This document shows, piece after piece, positions 38,741-51,905 of a DNA stretch of 64,000 nucleotides (position 1 is the first letter of the stretch; each line of letters opens with the position of its first letter). Made by a program: the position numbers and the translations under genes. Under the pieces are notes generated by a model. That model was not told the DNA's origin. It did no database searches and saw only the letters and a program-made list of their open reading frames with translations. The stretch is from positions 118,420,001-118,484,000 of the forward strand of contig NC_042999.1 of assembly GCF_006345805.1 (NCBI RefSeq). The letters are read 5' to 3'. This stretch comes from Octopus sinensis (lineage: Eukaryota).

Positions 38741-41325
38741 TATTATTATTGCCGTCATCATCATTATTATTTTAATTGTTGTTATTGTTATTCTTCTTGT
38801 TATTATTATCAACTAACAACTAAGTCTTTACATATGACTGGCAATGGTATCTGCTATCTTCTATAAATACTTGGTTTTCCTTTGTGCATTTCAGATAAGG
38901 TGACCTATGACCAGTGCCAATGGCCTATTCAGGTCTTGTCAGTCTGCTGATGTTGATGTAGTTGCTCCTCAGATTCAATTTTTACAATTTATAGTGTAAG
39001 GAAATTCTAAAAATTGCAGTTTTAATTGGAAAGGTTTAGGGCACAAAAATTAGTGTGAAGTTTAGGAGTATGTTACAGCAAGAAATAGTAAAAAGTAAAT
39101 TTGACAAATAAACTGAAAGGTAAATTCAAGGAGCACAGTGAAGGGTAAATTAGATGAACTTGTTCTGCTAATTCAGAAAAGCAAAATCTGTTGTAATAAC
39201 AGTAGGGAATTCAAAATGAGGATTGAATGTTTCTAATTACAAGGATTATAGTGCATATGTAAGAAATGATTGGTCAGATGACTTTTATTTTTAAGTGGAT
39301 ATCTAAAATGCTTGTACATGTGTAGTAGCTGCCGTGTTCTATGTATGTGAACAATGTTCTAATATACACATCCAGCTGCTGAAATAGTTTCTGATTTTGA
39401 AGAGAAATTCTTTGAAATGCAGGTTTGGTTGTGAGCTTTAAAAAAATGAAGAATATATTAAATAGCATAGCCTTGATACATTTTATCTGAATCAAAGCTG
39501 GAATGGTCACCACTACTAGAACACTATTAAGAATAGGTCTACTTAATCACAGCAACAACACATTAATACTATTGATTGTTAGTTTTTAAAAAGAATCTTG
39601 CACAAAGTAAACTATTTCAACACAATGACATACAAATTCATTCTTAATATGTCCCAACAGATTTGGACATGACTATGCTAATTGTTGTTATTTAGCATAT
39701 TCCCATTCAAATCTGGCTGAATGTATTAAAACTGAATCTGTACATCAGTGTTTTGATTCTCTCTGGTCTCTTAGCACATGATAATTTATTATTGGCTTGG
39801 CAGACATCAGCACACATCAGCAAATAATTTGTTTTGTTGAATTCTATAAACAAGAGCTCTAATTCTTATTTAGATTCATCAATTCAGGCATAGCCTTGAG
39901 TGAAGTGACATAACAGTGTTGAAACACAGTGGTGTCTCAAAGATCCTATACATCAAGGAATCAAGTGTGTAATAAAAACACACTATCTGAAAAGTTAGGG
40001 TGTTCTCTAGAGATGTAATACATTAGCAATTAGCATATTCATGTTTGAATCTACTGGAATGTATTCATGTTCAAATCTGCCAGAATATTTACATCATTTA
40101 CTTCATTCTCACAGTTGTTTGTGCACATAATTTATAATCTCAAAAAACCCATCATTTTCACATAAAACTATTTATTGACAACAATAAGCTATAGTAACTC
40201 TGCTATAGAATATTTACTACTGCTATCATATTCACCCTAATCATTCTAATTGCGATCATTATAATCTTGTTCCTTATTTATTTACTTTCGTGATAATTTC
40301 GTGTCATTGATGATATGTTAGTGTGAGGCATTGCCAAAGTAGTATCTGATTTTACTTGTATTGAATGTTACTTTCATCAGCTAAAAGAAAATCTAAATGT
40401 CTCTCATATTCATCAAAACTTCTCTCAGACTATATTTTCTCCCACAGTTGTCTCACAGACTTCAGGTGGGAATAGTTCTCAGATCTCTATGACCCAACAA
40501 GGCACCAGGTGTGCACAGTTACTTTCCATAACCCTCAAACAGTATTCCCCAGATCTAGTTCCTTGTTCAAAATCTCTTCGATATTTCCCATGACGACAAA
40601 GATATATTTCAAGCAACAGGAATACATTAGGATGGCTCCAGTCAAAATGGCAACCTATCTATCTTTAACATTAACTGATGTATTCTCCTCATTACTAAGT
40701 TCTCCATGATGAGAGATAGTCAAAAACAATCATCTCCTTCACTCCTTTCAGCCTATTTTCATCTTTAGGGTTTACCATCCAAGCTAAGTGTCATACCTTT
40801 GATCTCCATCTTTCTATTGTTTCTTACATTGGAAAGTTCTGGTCATACCACTTAATTTTAGGGATTTTTCTGATCTATACAATATCAATGTTGGTGTTAT
40901 CCTAAGGTTGGGTTTTGTCACTAACAGTCTTCTTATTGCATATTAATGACATATTACTATCACTGTTAATACAGTAAATACACTGCCATTCCTTATCCTT
41001 CTGTATACATTATCAACAGGCCACCTAAGCAGTTCAGGGATGAATTGCACTACTTCTTTGAGCAAAGACCTCAAAAAACATCTCATAGAACCATGACAAT
41101 TCAGTATCCACAATAAAAACACCAAATTTCGACCACAAAGTTTTCAAAGAAGCACTAGCAAAGTTACTACAAATGTCAAACTTTACAATCTTTTACCTCT
41201 CATATTCAGTTATGTTACATTGACAAATATGAGTCTTTCAAACTATATTTCTCATTGAGGTAAGAATAGTCTTCAACTCTGATCAGTTGCTAACTTTCTG
41301 TATAACTCGGGTGAAACTTATATCA

Positions 41326-42601
41326 TTGGGTCATCCCATAAATAATGCAGTTGTTTTCAATTGCATCAAAGAAAAGTCAGACAGGGGACAGCATAAACTA
41401 CTTGCATCAACTTGCTATAAAAGCAGGTAGTAATTTTACCTTGTACTTATTCTCAGTGCAAGATTTGAAGAGTGCAGTTCGATTTTATCAGTTAATTTTT
41501 CAAAGCTATAAGGGAAGTGACAAAGAAGCATATTGGCATATTTTGCTTTATGAGTTCAATAAAGGCAACAACGCAATGGAAGGTGTGAGGATTATTAATG
41601 CAGTATATTGGGATCGGACAATGACTATAAGCCAGTGTCAACAGTGGTTCCAGAAATTCTGAGCTGGAAACTACAGCCTAGAAGATGAGCCTCATCCTGG
41701 AAGATCTGTAGAGCTCAACGAGGGTATCCTACAAACTCTGGTGGAACAAAATCCCATCGTAACTGTTGAGGAACTAGCAGATAAGCTTGGATTTGGTCAT
41801 TCAACCATTCATCAACACCTACAAGCCATTGGAAAATTCAGTGGATCAGTGGGTTCCTCACAAACTTTCCAAGTCTGATCATGCACAGAGAGTGAATGTG
41901 TGTTTTTCTTTGCTGTTATGTCTTATGAATGAACCTTTTTGAGACCAAATAGTGACTGGTGGTGAGAAATGGATTCTCTATAAAAATGTCAAGCACTGAA
42001 GACAGTGGGAAGGGAAAGGAGAAACACTGGCACCTCAAGCTAAAGGTCTTCACCTACGTAAGGTGTTATCTGTTTGGTTGGATATGAAAGGTTTAGTCCA
42101 CTTTGAACTTTTAAACTGAAACCAAATGATAACAAAGGAGATCTACTATGAGTAGCGTGAGCAGCTTATGTCAGCATTAGAGGAGAAACGATCATCTTTG
42201 GTTTCAAGATGAAAGGTATTCTTCCATCAGGATAATGCTCGGCCATATAAAGGGAGGATGACATTCCAAAGGCTGGAGCAGTTTCAATGGGAAACGATGC
42301 CCCAAACGCTATATTCGCTGGACATTGCACCGTCTGATTATCATTTATTCTGCAGCCTTCAAAATCATTTGGATGGGGAAAATATGAATTCTGTAGATGA
42401 GGTCAGAACAATACTGGAGGAGTATTTTTCATCATGGACTACTGAAATTTGGAAGGAGTGGGGCCTTGCAAGTCTACCAGATAGATGGAAGAGCATTGTA
42501 GAAAATGCAAGAGAGTATATTTTAGATTAAAAAATAATTTTATCTTAATTTTGAAAACTAAAAGAAGTATAAAAAATTGCATTATTTATGGGATGACCTT
42601 A
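41326..42601 (+). mobile_element. Mariner transposon, degenerate full-length copy (same family as 17447-18647)
   Basis: Same TIR; fragments WHILLYEFNKG, IVTGGEKW, FHQDNARP, YSLDIAPSDYHLFCSLQN. Confidence 0.93.
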
Positions 42602-43543
42602 TACAATATTGATCATATATTTGGGTTAAAACTGGTGTTTCACACACAGATATCTTAGATAATGTCCAAAAGAAAATATGACATAAGGCTGAATTGCTTC
42701 ACTAACATGCTACAGCTGTTCTTACTTTACCATTCCCATACTACAGTCATCTTGAGAAATATCCAAGTATATATCCTTACTGCTGAGTCCTATGTGACAC
42801 ACATCTCCCTTTTTCTCATCTCTTGTATTTTGGCTCCCACCCAGAATCATTATTAAGTACTCTACTCAGTCAATTGTTTCTATGAACTATTTTCTCTGAA
42901 ATACTCTCCTTTCTCAGATTTTGCCTGCAGATATTGACATACAAAGACTTTTACTGCTACATTTCAACTAGTTGCTAACATTTGTAAAAGTCATTGACCC
43001 TACCTCTGTTATTCTGAATAACTGATAAAGGAAACAAAAAACAAAAAGTGAATTTACATTGCTCAGAAGCTATAAGAGTTATTGATAGATTTTTAATTTC
43101 ATCATTCTTCTCAAAATTTGTAATGTAAAGTTTAAAATGTTTTTATTAAATGTCATCAATTGATACTAAATACAGCCTGAAGATGGAATGCCAACAGAAT
43201 GTTTAAGTTTGATTGTTTGAAGAGTAACTGAAAGAAAGCTAAACATTCAGGAATTTTCATTTGTGGCAATACTGTGAGTGTCTTGGGTTACTTCTGTTGA
43301 TAGAAGAAAAGAAACAATTTCTTATCGGTGTATTTTGATTTACATGTAGGTGGATATGTTTGTGGACATGTGCACGTGTGTGAGCATGTGTGGGAGTATG
43401 TGTGTGTATATGTGTGTGCGTGTGTGCAATGTAGTATTATAAATAACTACTGTGATTCAATGAGAAATCAATTCTCCTTTAGATGTACATTACACACAAG
43501 AGAAAGGAAACAAATATAAACGATATATATATATTTTTTCATA

Positions 43544-43957
43544 GGCGTAGAAGTGGCTGTGGGATAAGTAGTTTGCTTACCAACCACATGGTTCTGGGTT
43601 CAGTCCCACTGCGTGGCACCTTGGGCAAGTGTCTTCTACTATAGCCTTGGGCCGACCAAAGCCTTGTGAGTGGATTTGGTAGACGGAAAATGAAAGAAGC
43701 CCGTCGTATATATGTATATAGATATGTATGCATGTGTATGTGTTTGTGTGTTTGCGTTTGTCCCCCCAACATCGCTTGATAACCGATGATGGTGTGTTTA
43801 TGTCCCTGTAACTTAGTGGTTTGGCAAAAGAGACCGATAGAATAAGTACTAGGCTTACAAAGAATAAGTCCTGGGGTCGACTTGCTCGACTAAAGGTGGT
43901 GCTCCAGCATGGCCACAGTCAAAGGACTGAAACAAGTGAAAGAGTAAAAGAGTAAAG
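43544..43957 (+). mobile_element. SINE family A copy
   Basis: Full-length copy. Partial copies also occur at 2118-2279(-), 26097-26232(-) and 55640-55792(+). Confidence 0.9.
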
Positions 43958-46900
43958 AGAGAGAGAGACTGAAATGTTATTATATTCCTAGAGTAATTTC
44001 TGATGACTGAAATATTGAAATTTTGCTTTAAATCTAAGATCATATTTTACTAAAAATATTAAGGTATTTTATTAAAACAACCTTCCTGGGAATGGCTTGT
44101 AGTGTCTCAAAGCTCCAAAATTCTTTGTTCACCATATTTTAAAAGTGTAATAGTGTACATAATTTTATAAAAGTTTGTTTAATTCAAAATATTTATTGTC
44201 TATGATTAAAGTTTTGTCTCTATCACTCAGTGAGTCAGTGTATTAATTATTTGATATTAATGAGAATTTTGGACAGTTATTATTGATTGGATTTTCTTGT
44301 TCATAAGTTGAATTAAATTACTGAAGTTCTTAAATTACTCTCTTTGAATATACTGGTCACTGTGTCATTTCATTCACAAAACCCATTATTCAACACCATT
44401 TGTTTAAACTTAATACAAATTTTTATAAACTGATATAGAAACTTAGTGCATAGACAATATCATATAGATAAATGCTTTTGTCTGTTTTAGTTGTTTGATC
44501 TCACTTAGAATAATCTTATCTTGTCATTGAGTGATTGTTAAAAGAAATAATAACCAGTCACAGTTATAACTTCATTGTGATTTGCATTTCAAGATATAAT
44601 TTTAAGTTTTGATGATTATAACACTTTTATATTTGTCAGTTCTTGAGTTTATTTCATGTAAAGTTTTCTTAACATAAGTATTACATATGTCTTATTTCAT
44701 TATCTACTTCTGTCTCATCTATTAATTCTTGAATGTTAGTCTTTTGCAGCCAAGTTTCCAATACTTTTCAAAAGAACTTTACATCTTATTTACCTCTCAC
44801 ACTTTCCATTTGACTTATCGCTACAGCTTGCATTACACACTGTGAGCCTTTATTAAGTAATTTATCTTTCAAGTTGTTACAAGAGTTTATGTGATAAAGT
44901 AGAGAACCAAGTATTCAATCTCTCTCATGTGCATGCACACGTGTGCACTGTCCTCTCAATATCCTTTTCTATCACTCTCTCTCTCTCTCTCTTTCTCTCT
45001 GTCATAAATAACATTCTACTATCTTAAAAACAAAAAGGACACTGAATAATGTGGTTCTAAATATAGTATCTGAATAAAAGATTGGATGCCACAGCTGGAA
45101 CAGTGTTGATTACAAATATTGGTAAAGAATATCTTGGCTCAAAAATTCAATAGCTGTTACGTTTATATTCTGATCTTTTCAGGCAACCGTAGCTTTTGTC
45201 ATACTTAACATAAAAGGAAATGATATTGGTAAATGACCAACATCAATATTTTTTTGTTTTATAGTTATGTTTTTAATACTTACCTCATTGAGTATGTAAT
45301 ACTAAGTCAACTATTGTTTCCTTTTTCTATAGGGACAGTATCTCTAAATTATTGTCTATGTCACTAAATGTTTTGGCTATGTAATTCATTCATCTATTTT
45401 TCAACAAGTGCAGTGAAAGATATATTTTGCGGAGGAAGTCAGAATAGAACTGAAATATGTTCAAATTTGTCTCCCACATTTGCCAGTAAAAGAAAATGAT
45501 ATTATTCATGACTTGGATTTTTTTTTATTTCATCACATATTTATTTCTAGTTTCCTTTTATTGTTTCATGCTTTAAATATGTTAATACTAACCTGTTGAC
45601 CTAGCTTCATAATAATTGACTGTAGAAGTTATATGCTGGGTAGAATGCTGATTATTTAGCAACTTTCTTGTCTTACAATTCAAAACCTCTATAAATGAAT
45701 GATCTTTTATCAATCTAGTATCAGAAAATTATGTTAGTATTTTCTTTCAAAACAAATTTTGCAATAAGATTTGCATTCATGCAGCACTCAGGTATTACCT
45801 GAAATATAGATGTACACGTTTTATTTCAAAGTATGAATGAATTTTTTTCTTTTTATCAGTAGCTAACTATGGCTATTGGTTAGCAAATTCTTCAAGCAAA
45901 ATATTCTACTTAGTTTTGTTAAGTCAGTGGAAAACAAGTACTTACTCTACTCACTTGATAATAAATTTGATAGCATCAAGCAAATGTATTTTTCTGGTAA
46001 GTCCCTATTCCAAAAATCCAAGTAGAGAAAATGTTATCAGTCATTGATCAATATTTTCTGTTTTTCATTGCATATGTTTTACAGCACATTAGATATGTTT
46101 GCACTAACTTTACTATAATTTTTTATAGAGATTGTGTCCCTAATTCCATTATCTTCTGAACAGTTTTATTTTCTGTACCACTAAGCATACAATCTTGTAT
46201 ATTTACTTGATAAGTCATTCATATCTACCACAATGAGTCAAAGATCTTGTTTTATAAAATTATTGTCTTTGTTCATTCATCTCATTTGTTCTAATTCAGC
46301 TTTAATCATCTGACTTTTTGTGTTACATTAATTTATTTCCTCTAGAAATTTAGTCCTGATTTGAGCTCATTCTTTATCATCATTTTGCAAAATTTATCAT
46401 ATCATTATTTATTTGGAGGAGGAGGGGAAGTGCTAATGACATTTGAAGACACTTGTAAACAATTTAGTTAGTACAGCTGATGTTCAGTTTAAACTTTTCC
46501 AACTTGTTTTCTGAAGAAAAAAACATCAGCAGAAGGAGAGTTGAATATTTTTATAGTCTTAAAGAAAACTGATAATGAGAACATTTTAAGTAGTGTCAGC
46601 AACCAGATACATCAATTTAATTGAAATAATCAGAAAGATATAATCAGGGATCCAGTTGTTTAGCTCCAGATCCCTTTAGTAAAGCACTGTAATTTAGTGA
46701 TCTAAAGAACTAAAAAAGTTTGTTAAAAATAATTTATGAACTAGAGCCATCTCATTTATTCAATGAGGTTGTAGATTACATTTTGAGTAGAAACTGATCA
46801 GACCAAACACATTTACACCAATACAGTGCTATCTCTAACATAATGTGTCCCCAACGTTTTACTCCTAAGATTATTAACAAATTTTATCTTCTTTCTAACA

Positions 46901-47646
46901 CTTGAATATAATGGTACTCCATAACATTTACTTTTGTTGTTTTGCATTAAATTACTTGCCTTAAAAACAGGGAAATACTGTGTGACAACAACTAGTCAAT
47001 CTATAACCATCATATCATTTCCAGGAATAACATATCCAAGTCTGTATTATCCAATGTAAGATGATAGAATATGTCAAGCAAGTCAAGCAACTACAAGGAG
47101 GTCCCAGTTTTAAAGATAATAACAGTATTAAACTTATTAGTAATTCATGTGGCTCAATACAATCTGTAAATGATTATTATGTTTAAAACATATTTAGTTT
47201 TGGAAAATCATCATTTATTGAGAGATGTCATGAGGGACACAGCTTTAAAAATGTTATGTTTAAGAGTATCATTACAAATGAATGTTTAGCTATTACTTAC
47301 AAATAATTAGTTGTTTCAATAATTAAAGCTATTACATGACGAAATATAAATATTTTTCAGTTGCTGAAGACATTCAGATTAGTTTGTGAGAAATAGTGTC
47401 TCCTCTATTGTCAACTAGGATATATAATTAATGAGAAACATAGATAATCATTATAAAGTAGCATTAATTTCTTCACTTAATTATTTTCTTATTTATCTTT
47501 TGCTTAGCTTCATAGGACGATGTTAAAAGTGGCCTGAAAGCTTCAGTGTTTAAGATTTTGATGATAAATTTATCAATTCTAAAAATCTCTTTTGTATTTT
47601 ATATTCATAATTAAAGAAAATAGCCATTGCACATTAAGACACATAC

Positions 47647-47761
47647 AGGCACATCTTTCAACTTAGGCATTATTGGATTTACAAACCTATGAGACACTTT
47701 CGTAGATGACAAACAGACATAACAGTCTTGATGCTCAACATATTCATACTCATCTGGTTGG
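47647..47761 (-). CDS. Candidate isolated 115-nt coding exon of an unidentified host gene
   Basis: Acceptor aaaacttctAG, donor GTATGT, open frame QPDEYEYVEHQDCYVCLSSTKVSHRFVNPIMPKLKDVP, in repeat-poor DNA. No homology recognised. Confidence 0.3.
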
Positions 47762-48499
47762 CTAGAAGTTTTGCATGGAGAAGATATAATCAATATTATT
47801 GACATTTTCTTTTTATCAATTCTGCAGCATCTACCAAAGCATTTAAAATATGTGATCCTTTTACATGCAAGAGGTCTATTAAATCTCATATATTTTCAAG
47901 TGAAGCTGGCTTGTAGACTTGAAATAGATCTTTGCAGTATACAAAGATGTATATATCATCATCATTATTTAGTATCTATTTTCCATGTTTTGACTGCAGC
48001 TGGAGAGCTGCTCAAGCTCCATTTTTCTGTTTTCGTATGGTCTCTATGAATGGATACCCTTCCTAACACCAAGCACTTTACAGAGTGTATTCAGTGCCTT
48101 TAACATATCACAGGCACGGATAACTTAGATATGCCACTTCATTTTATATTTCTTCAGTTTATTCAGCTGAAAAATGTGTACCAGGTCTCAACAGGAGGAG
48201 GTTGAGAGGATGACAATTTCTGCTCATGGCTACCTAGTTACCAAGCATAGTACCATATCATACTTGCTTGTGTGTAATAGCTGTATCTATAGTAATAAAT
48301 TAATAAAATTAAGTAAACTGAGCCATACTAGACTGCAAGAATGTCCACAACTGAATTTCTTTCTTTTTTCTTTTGTGAGTCAACTTGTTATTCAAAACCT
48401 TTCACTTGAAATTTAACATTTTAGGGATATGGCATTTAGCTGACTTATTAGTAGATCGGTGATTGTTTCAGATGCATGATTGTGATTTAAAGTAATATT

Positions 48500-49704
48500 C
48501 AAGGGGATACCCAAAAGTAACTAAAAACGTTCTCCGTGGGACAAGCCCGTTGAAGTTCGGGATTTTGCCCCTAGAATGATGTGACCCTCAGGCATCATTC
48601 TGCCAAGCAGCGTCGTTGAGTCAAGTTGTACTGCCATATGTCTTTGTCTTGCAGTGCTTCTCCCCTGTTCATCGATTTTTGTGATGGCTAAAATGAAGAG
48701 AAAGCATGCATCTGTGAAACTCTGTTATCTACTGAGGAAAACAGCGGCAAAAACAGTTCTCATGTTTCAAATAACTTAGAAGAGCAATCTCATGAGCAAA
48801 ACACAAGTTTATGAGTGGTTTTCACACTTTGGGAATGGTTACTTGTTGCTTGTTCAGGGTGACCATTGAGCAAATGAAAATTCATGAACTGATCTTGGTG
48901 GACCATAGCTGAACAATTGATGAACTTGCTGACATGATTGGTATGTTCTAGAGCTCTTACCAACGAATGGGGAATTTCGAATAAAAAGAGTTGCATCAAA
49001 ATTTGTGCCGAGCTTGCTCTTGGAAGATCAAAAGCAGCCACGACTGAATGCATGTCATGAACTGTAAGAACAGTTGGAAGTTGATCTGGACCTTTTTTCA
49101 AAGGTGTCAAAGGCTGGTGCTGTTGCTACGACCTGGAAACGAAGCAGCAATCAAGTCAATGGAAGTATTTAATGTCACCAAAGAGTACAAGAGAAGTCCA
49201 ATATCAAGACAAAGTTTATTTGTTTCATCGATGTGAAAGAAATTGTCCACACAATATTTGTTCCTCCTGGTCACACTGTTAACCAGACATTTTCCTTGCC
49301 AGTTCTGAAGTGTTTGCGCAACATGGTGAGATGGAAATGCCCCAACCAGTGGCAAAGTGGGAAGTGGTAGTTTCATCATGACAATGCATCTTCATACATT
49401 GTCTTGATTGTGAGACAGTTTTTGACAAAAAATGGCATGACCTTGTTTACCCCCTCCCTATTAACCTGGTCTTGCTCCCTGCAACTTTTTCTTGTTCCCC
49501 CATTTGAAAAAAGTCCTTAAAGGAAAATGTTTTGCAGATGTGGAAAAGGTGAAGAAAAATACAACTGAGGTGTTAAAAAGCATCACTTTGAACAATGGAA
49601 TATGCTTCTGAACCGATGTATTGCTTCAAATGGAAAATTTTTAGAAGGCATTAAAAGTGTAAAATAAATAAAATAAGTTTGGAAAATTCCGGTTTCTTTT
49701 GGGC
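48500..49704 (+). mobile_element. Mariner transposon (third family), highly degenerate
   Basis: Fragments MSKTQVYEWF, CYDLETKQQSSQW, FHHDNASS, LAPCNFFLFP; decayed terminal repeats. Confidence 0.82.
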
Positions 49705-51044
49705 TTTAGTTGAGAAGTTGTTCAGTGATATTCAAAACCTGTTAATACAGCAGAAGGTAAAATGAATTGTCTTTCAGAAAGTAATGAAATGTTAACTGAG
49801 TACCCTTAGATTTCTAGTTTTTTGTTATAAGAATTATATAAGCTGATGAGTAGGTATTTGGATGACTGATACAATCAGGAATAATATAATATAGGAATAT
49901 TATATCATTTTTTAAAATTCTACTAACAATTATTGTGTTTTATTTCAGGCAAACTTGTAATCACTTTATATATACAAAGCAAAAGTACTTGGCCATTGTT
50001 ACTGTAGTACAACTTAAGCTTTATAACTAAATCTATACTCCATGTCACTTCATGTATAGTTGCATAACAAATATGAAACTACTTATTCAAAGCTTTAGGC
50101 AAATGAAAATACTTTGTGAAATCCATGAAATGCACAAGTTATTTAAACTTTTGTTATTTGCCGCTGCTTTTCACTTGCCTTCTTTCTATTTAACTAGGAA
50201 AGGTTATATTCAAAGATCAACAGCAGAAATGAGATAAAAGCTCTCATCGTATGATCTTTGACTATGTAACATTAATAAGGAAGGTGTTTTATGAAACAAA
50301 ATTCAAGTTTATTATTGTAAGATTTAATTTTATAGTACTTCATTGAAGTAGGTTCAATCCTCAGACGTGATAGCTCTTATGATTCCAAAGAATACTTCTA
50401 AACACAACTTAGTTTTGTAATCGTGCTACATTAGCTAATTAATTATGAATATTTGGAGTTCATTAATTTTATAACTGTCATTTTGAAAAATGTATTACCA
50501 AAAATCAAATACCAACAAATTCTTCTCCCTGTACTTGAAATGTCACATCAATTTTTGACATTTCTCTTTACTAATTCAGAAATAATGACAGGTGTTAATA
50601 TTATTGGTATTTAAATAATACAATTAAGTTCTATTATAATGCTGTCAGAATATCTGAATGCAGTAATTAAGAAAGCATTTCGTTTTAAGTAAATGATTGC
50701 ATTAAATAGTTGGTAATAAATTAGATAACTATTTGAAAATTTTATTTGATATTTAAGATTATAAAATGCGGTTTAATAAAGATTTGGCTGTTATTTCTTT
50801 CATACAAAGTGATCAAACACAGGCTCTCTCATTTAAACATAATATTTTGCTTCTTTTATGCATGCATTCATGATTTTATAGGTATTTTGGCATGATAAAT
50901 AAATAATTATTGATTATATCTATGCACATTTTATTCGTCTATAGGAGTAGCATGCCTAGAAAGACTAAACCTCTTTCAAATGGCATGTTAATAAGTACTA
51001 CGAGGCCTTTAGCATTCAGAAACCGCATTATAACAGAGTAAATA

Positions 51045-51355
51045 ATTCCTTTGGTCATGAATGATCATGGAATTGCATTTAGAATGTTCCCCTCTGAGGC
51101 ACAAGTCCAGGCAAGGTTGTTTATGAAAGACCAGCAGTCACCCATGCATACCAGCCTTCTCACTGCATGCCAGCTATATTGTCCAAAGACCTATACAGCT
51201 CGGTACCAGTGATGCTACAACTCATTTCTATAGCTGAGTGAACTGGAGCAATGTAAAATAAAATGTCTTGCTCAAGAACACATCACACAGCCTGGTTCAG
51301 GCATGAACTCACTACCTCATAACCCAACACTTTAACCACTGAGCCATGTGCCTTC
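51045..51355 (-). mobile_element. tRNA-derived SINE family D
   Basis: Minus-strand head ggcacatggctcagtggttaaagtg..gagttcatgcc; core tccagttcactcagctatagaaatgagttg. Another copy at 15706-16010(+) and a 3' piece at 24160-24236. Confidence 0.8.
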
Positions 51356-51614
51356 CCAACATAACAAAACTACTGTTATAAAGAGAGTCTACAGTAGAAG
51401 TAGAAACTATTATATATACATACAGGTAACATACTAATAAAATTCAGTAATACTACCTGTGTTATCAACAGTACTTCTGGACGACTTTACACATAAAGAA
51501 TGAAGTGCTTTGAATTTACTAATTTAAAATTGATGTTAATCAATTTCAAAAATCTCTTTTACTATACTTCTCTTGCAATTCAAAGAAATAGCAATTGTAG
51601 ATAATTATATATAG

Positions 51615-51905
51615 CTCATCTTTCAAGAAAACTCAGGAAAACTACTATGGGCAAGTTAAATGAAACTGCAAAGCAATAAACTGAAGCCACATTGCAAACA
51701 TAAGTTTTTGTGTATTTTTCATGAGCTTATTTTCATCGTTCAGTATAAATGCAGATGAATTTGTCGAAAGAAGAGCAATAGAGAATACAGGAATCTCATT
51801 CAGCAAAGGTCTTAAGTGCCTTGGTTTTACAGAACTGGCAAAGAAAAGGGTAGTTAAGGTTATTGAATAAACCACATAGTGACTTTGGATTAAAAGAATT
51901 GATCC
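51615..51905 (+). mobile_element. Hero/NeSL-like REL-endonuclease LINE 3' remnant
   Basis: Plus-strand reading FVERRAIENTGISFSKGLKCLGFTELAKKRVVKVIE*..LWIKR resembles the VEVGARG...WLWIKR terminus of this group. Confidence 0.5.

Noticed and set aside
43172-43275. CTGAAGA-tgg..cca possible hammerhead
   Set aside because: No correctly placed GAAA, stem III or cleavage triplet.
50944-51040. Plus-strand exon-like frame MPRKTKPLSNGMLISTTRPLAFRNRIITE
   Set aside because: Weak donor, abuts a SINE tail and has no recognisable homology; such matches are expected by chance.
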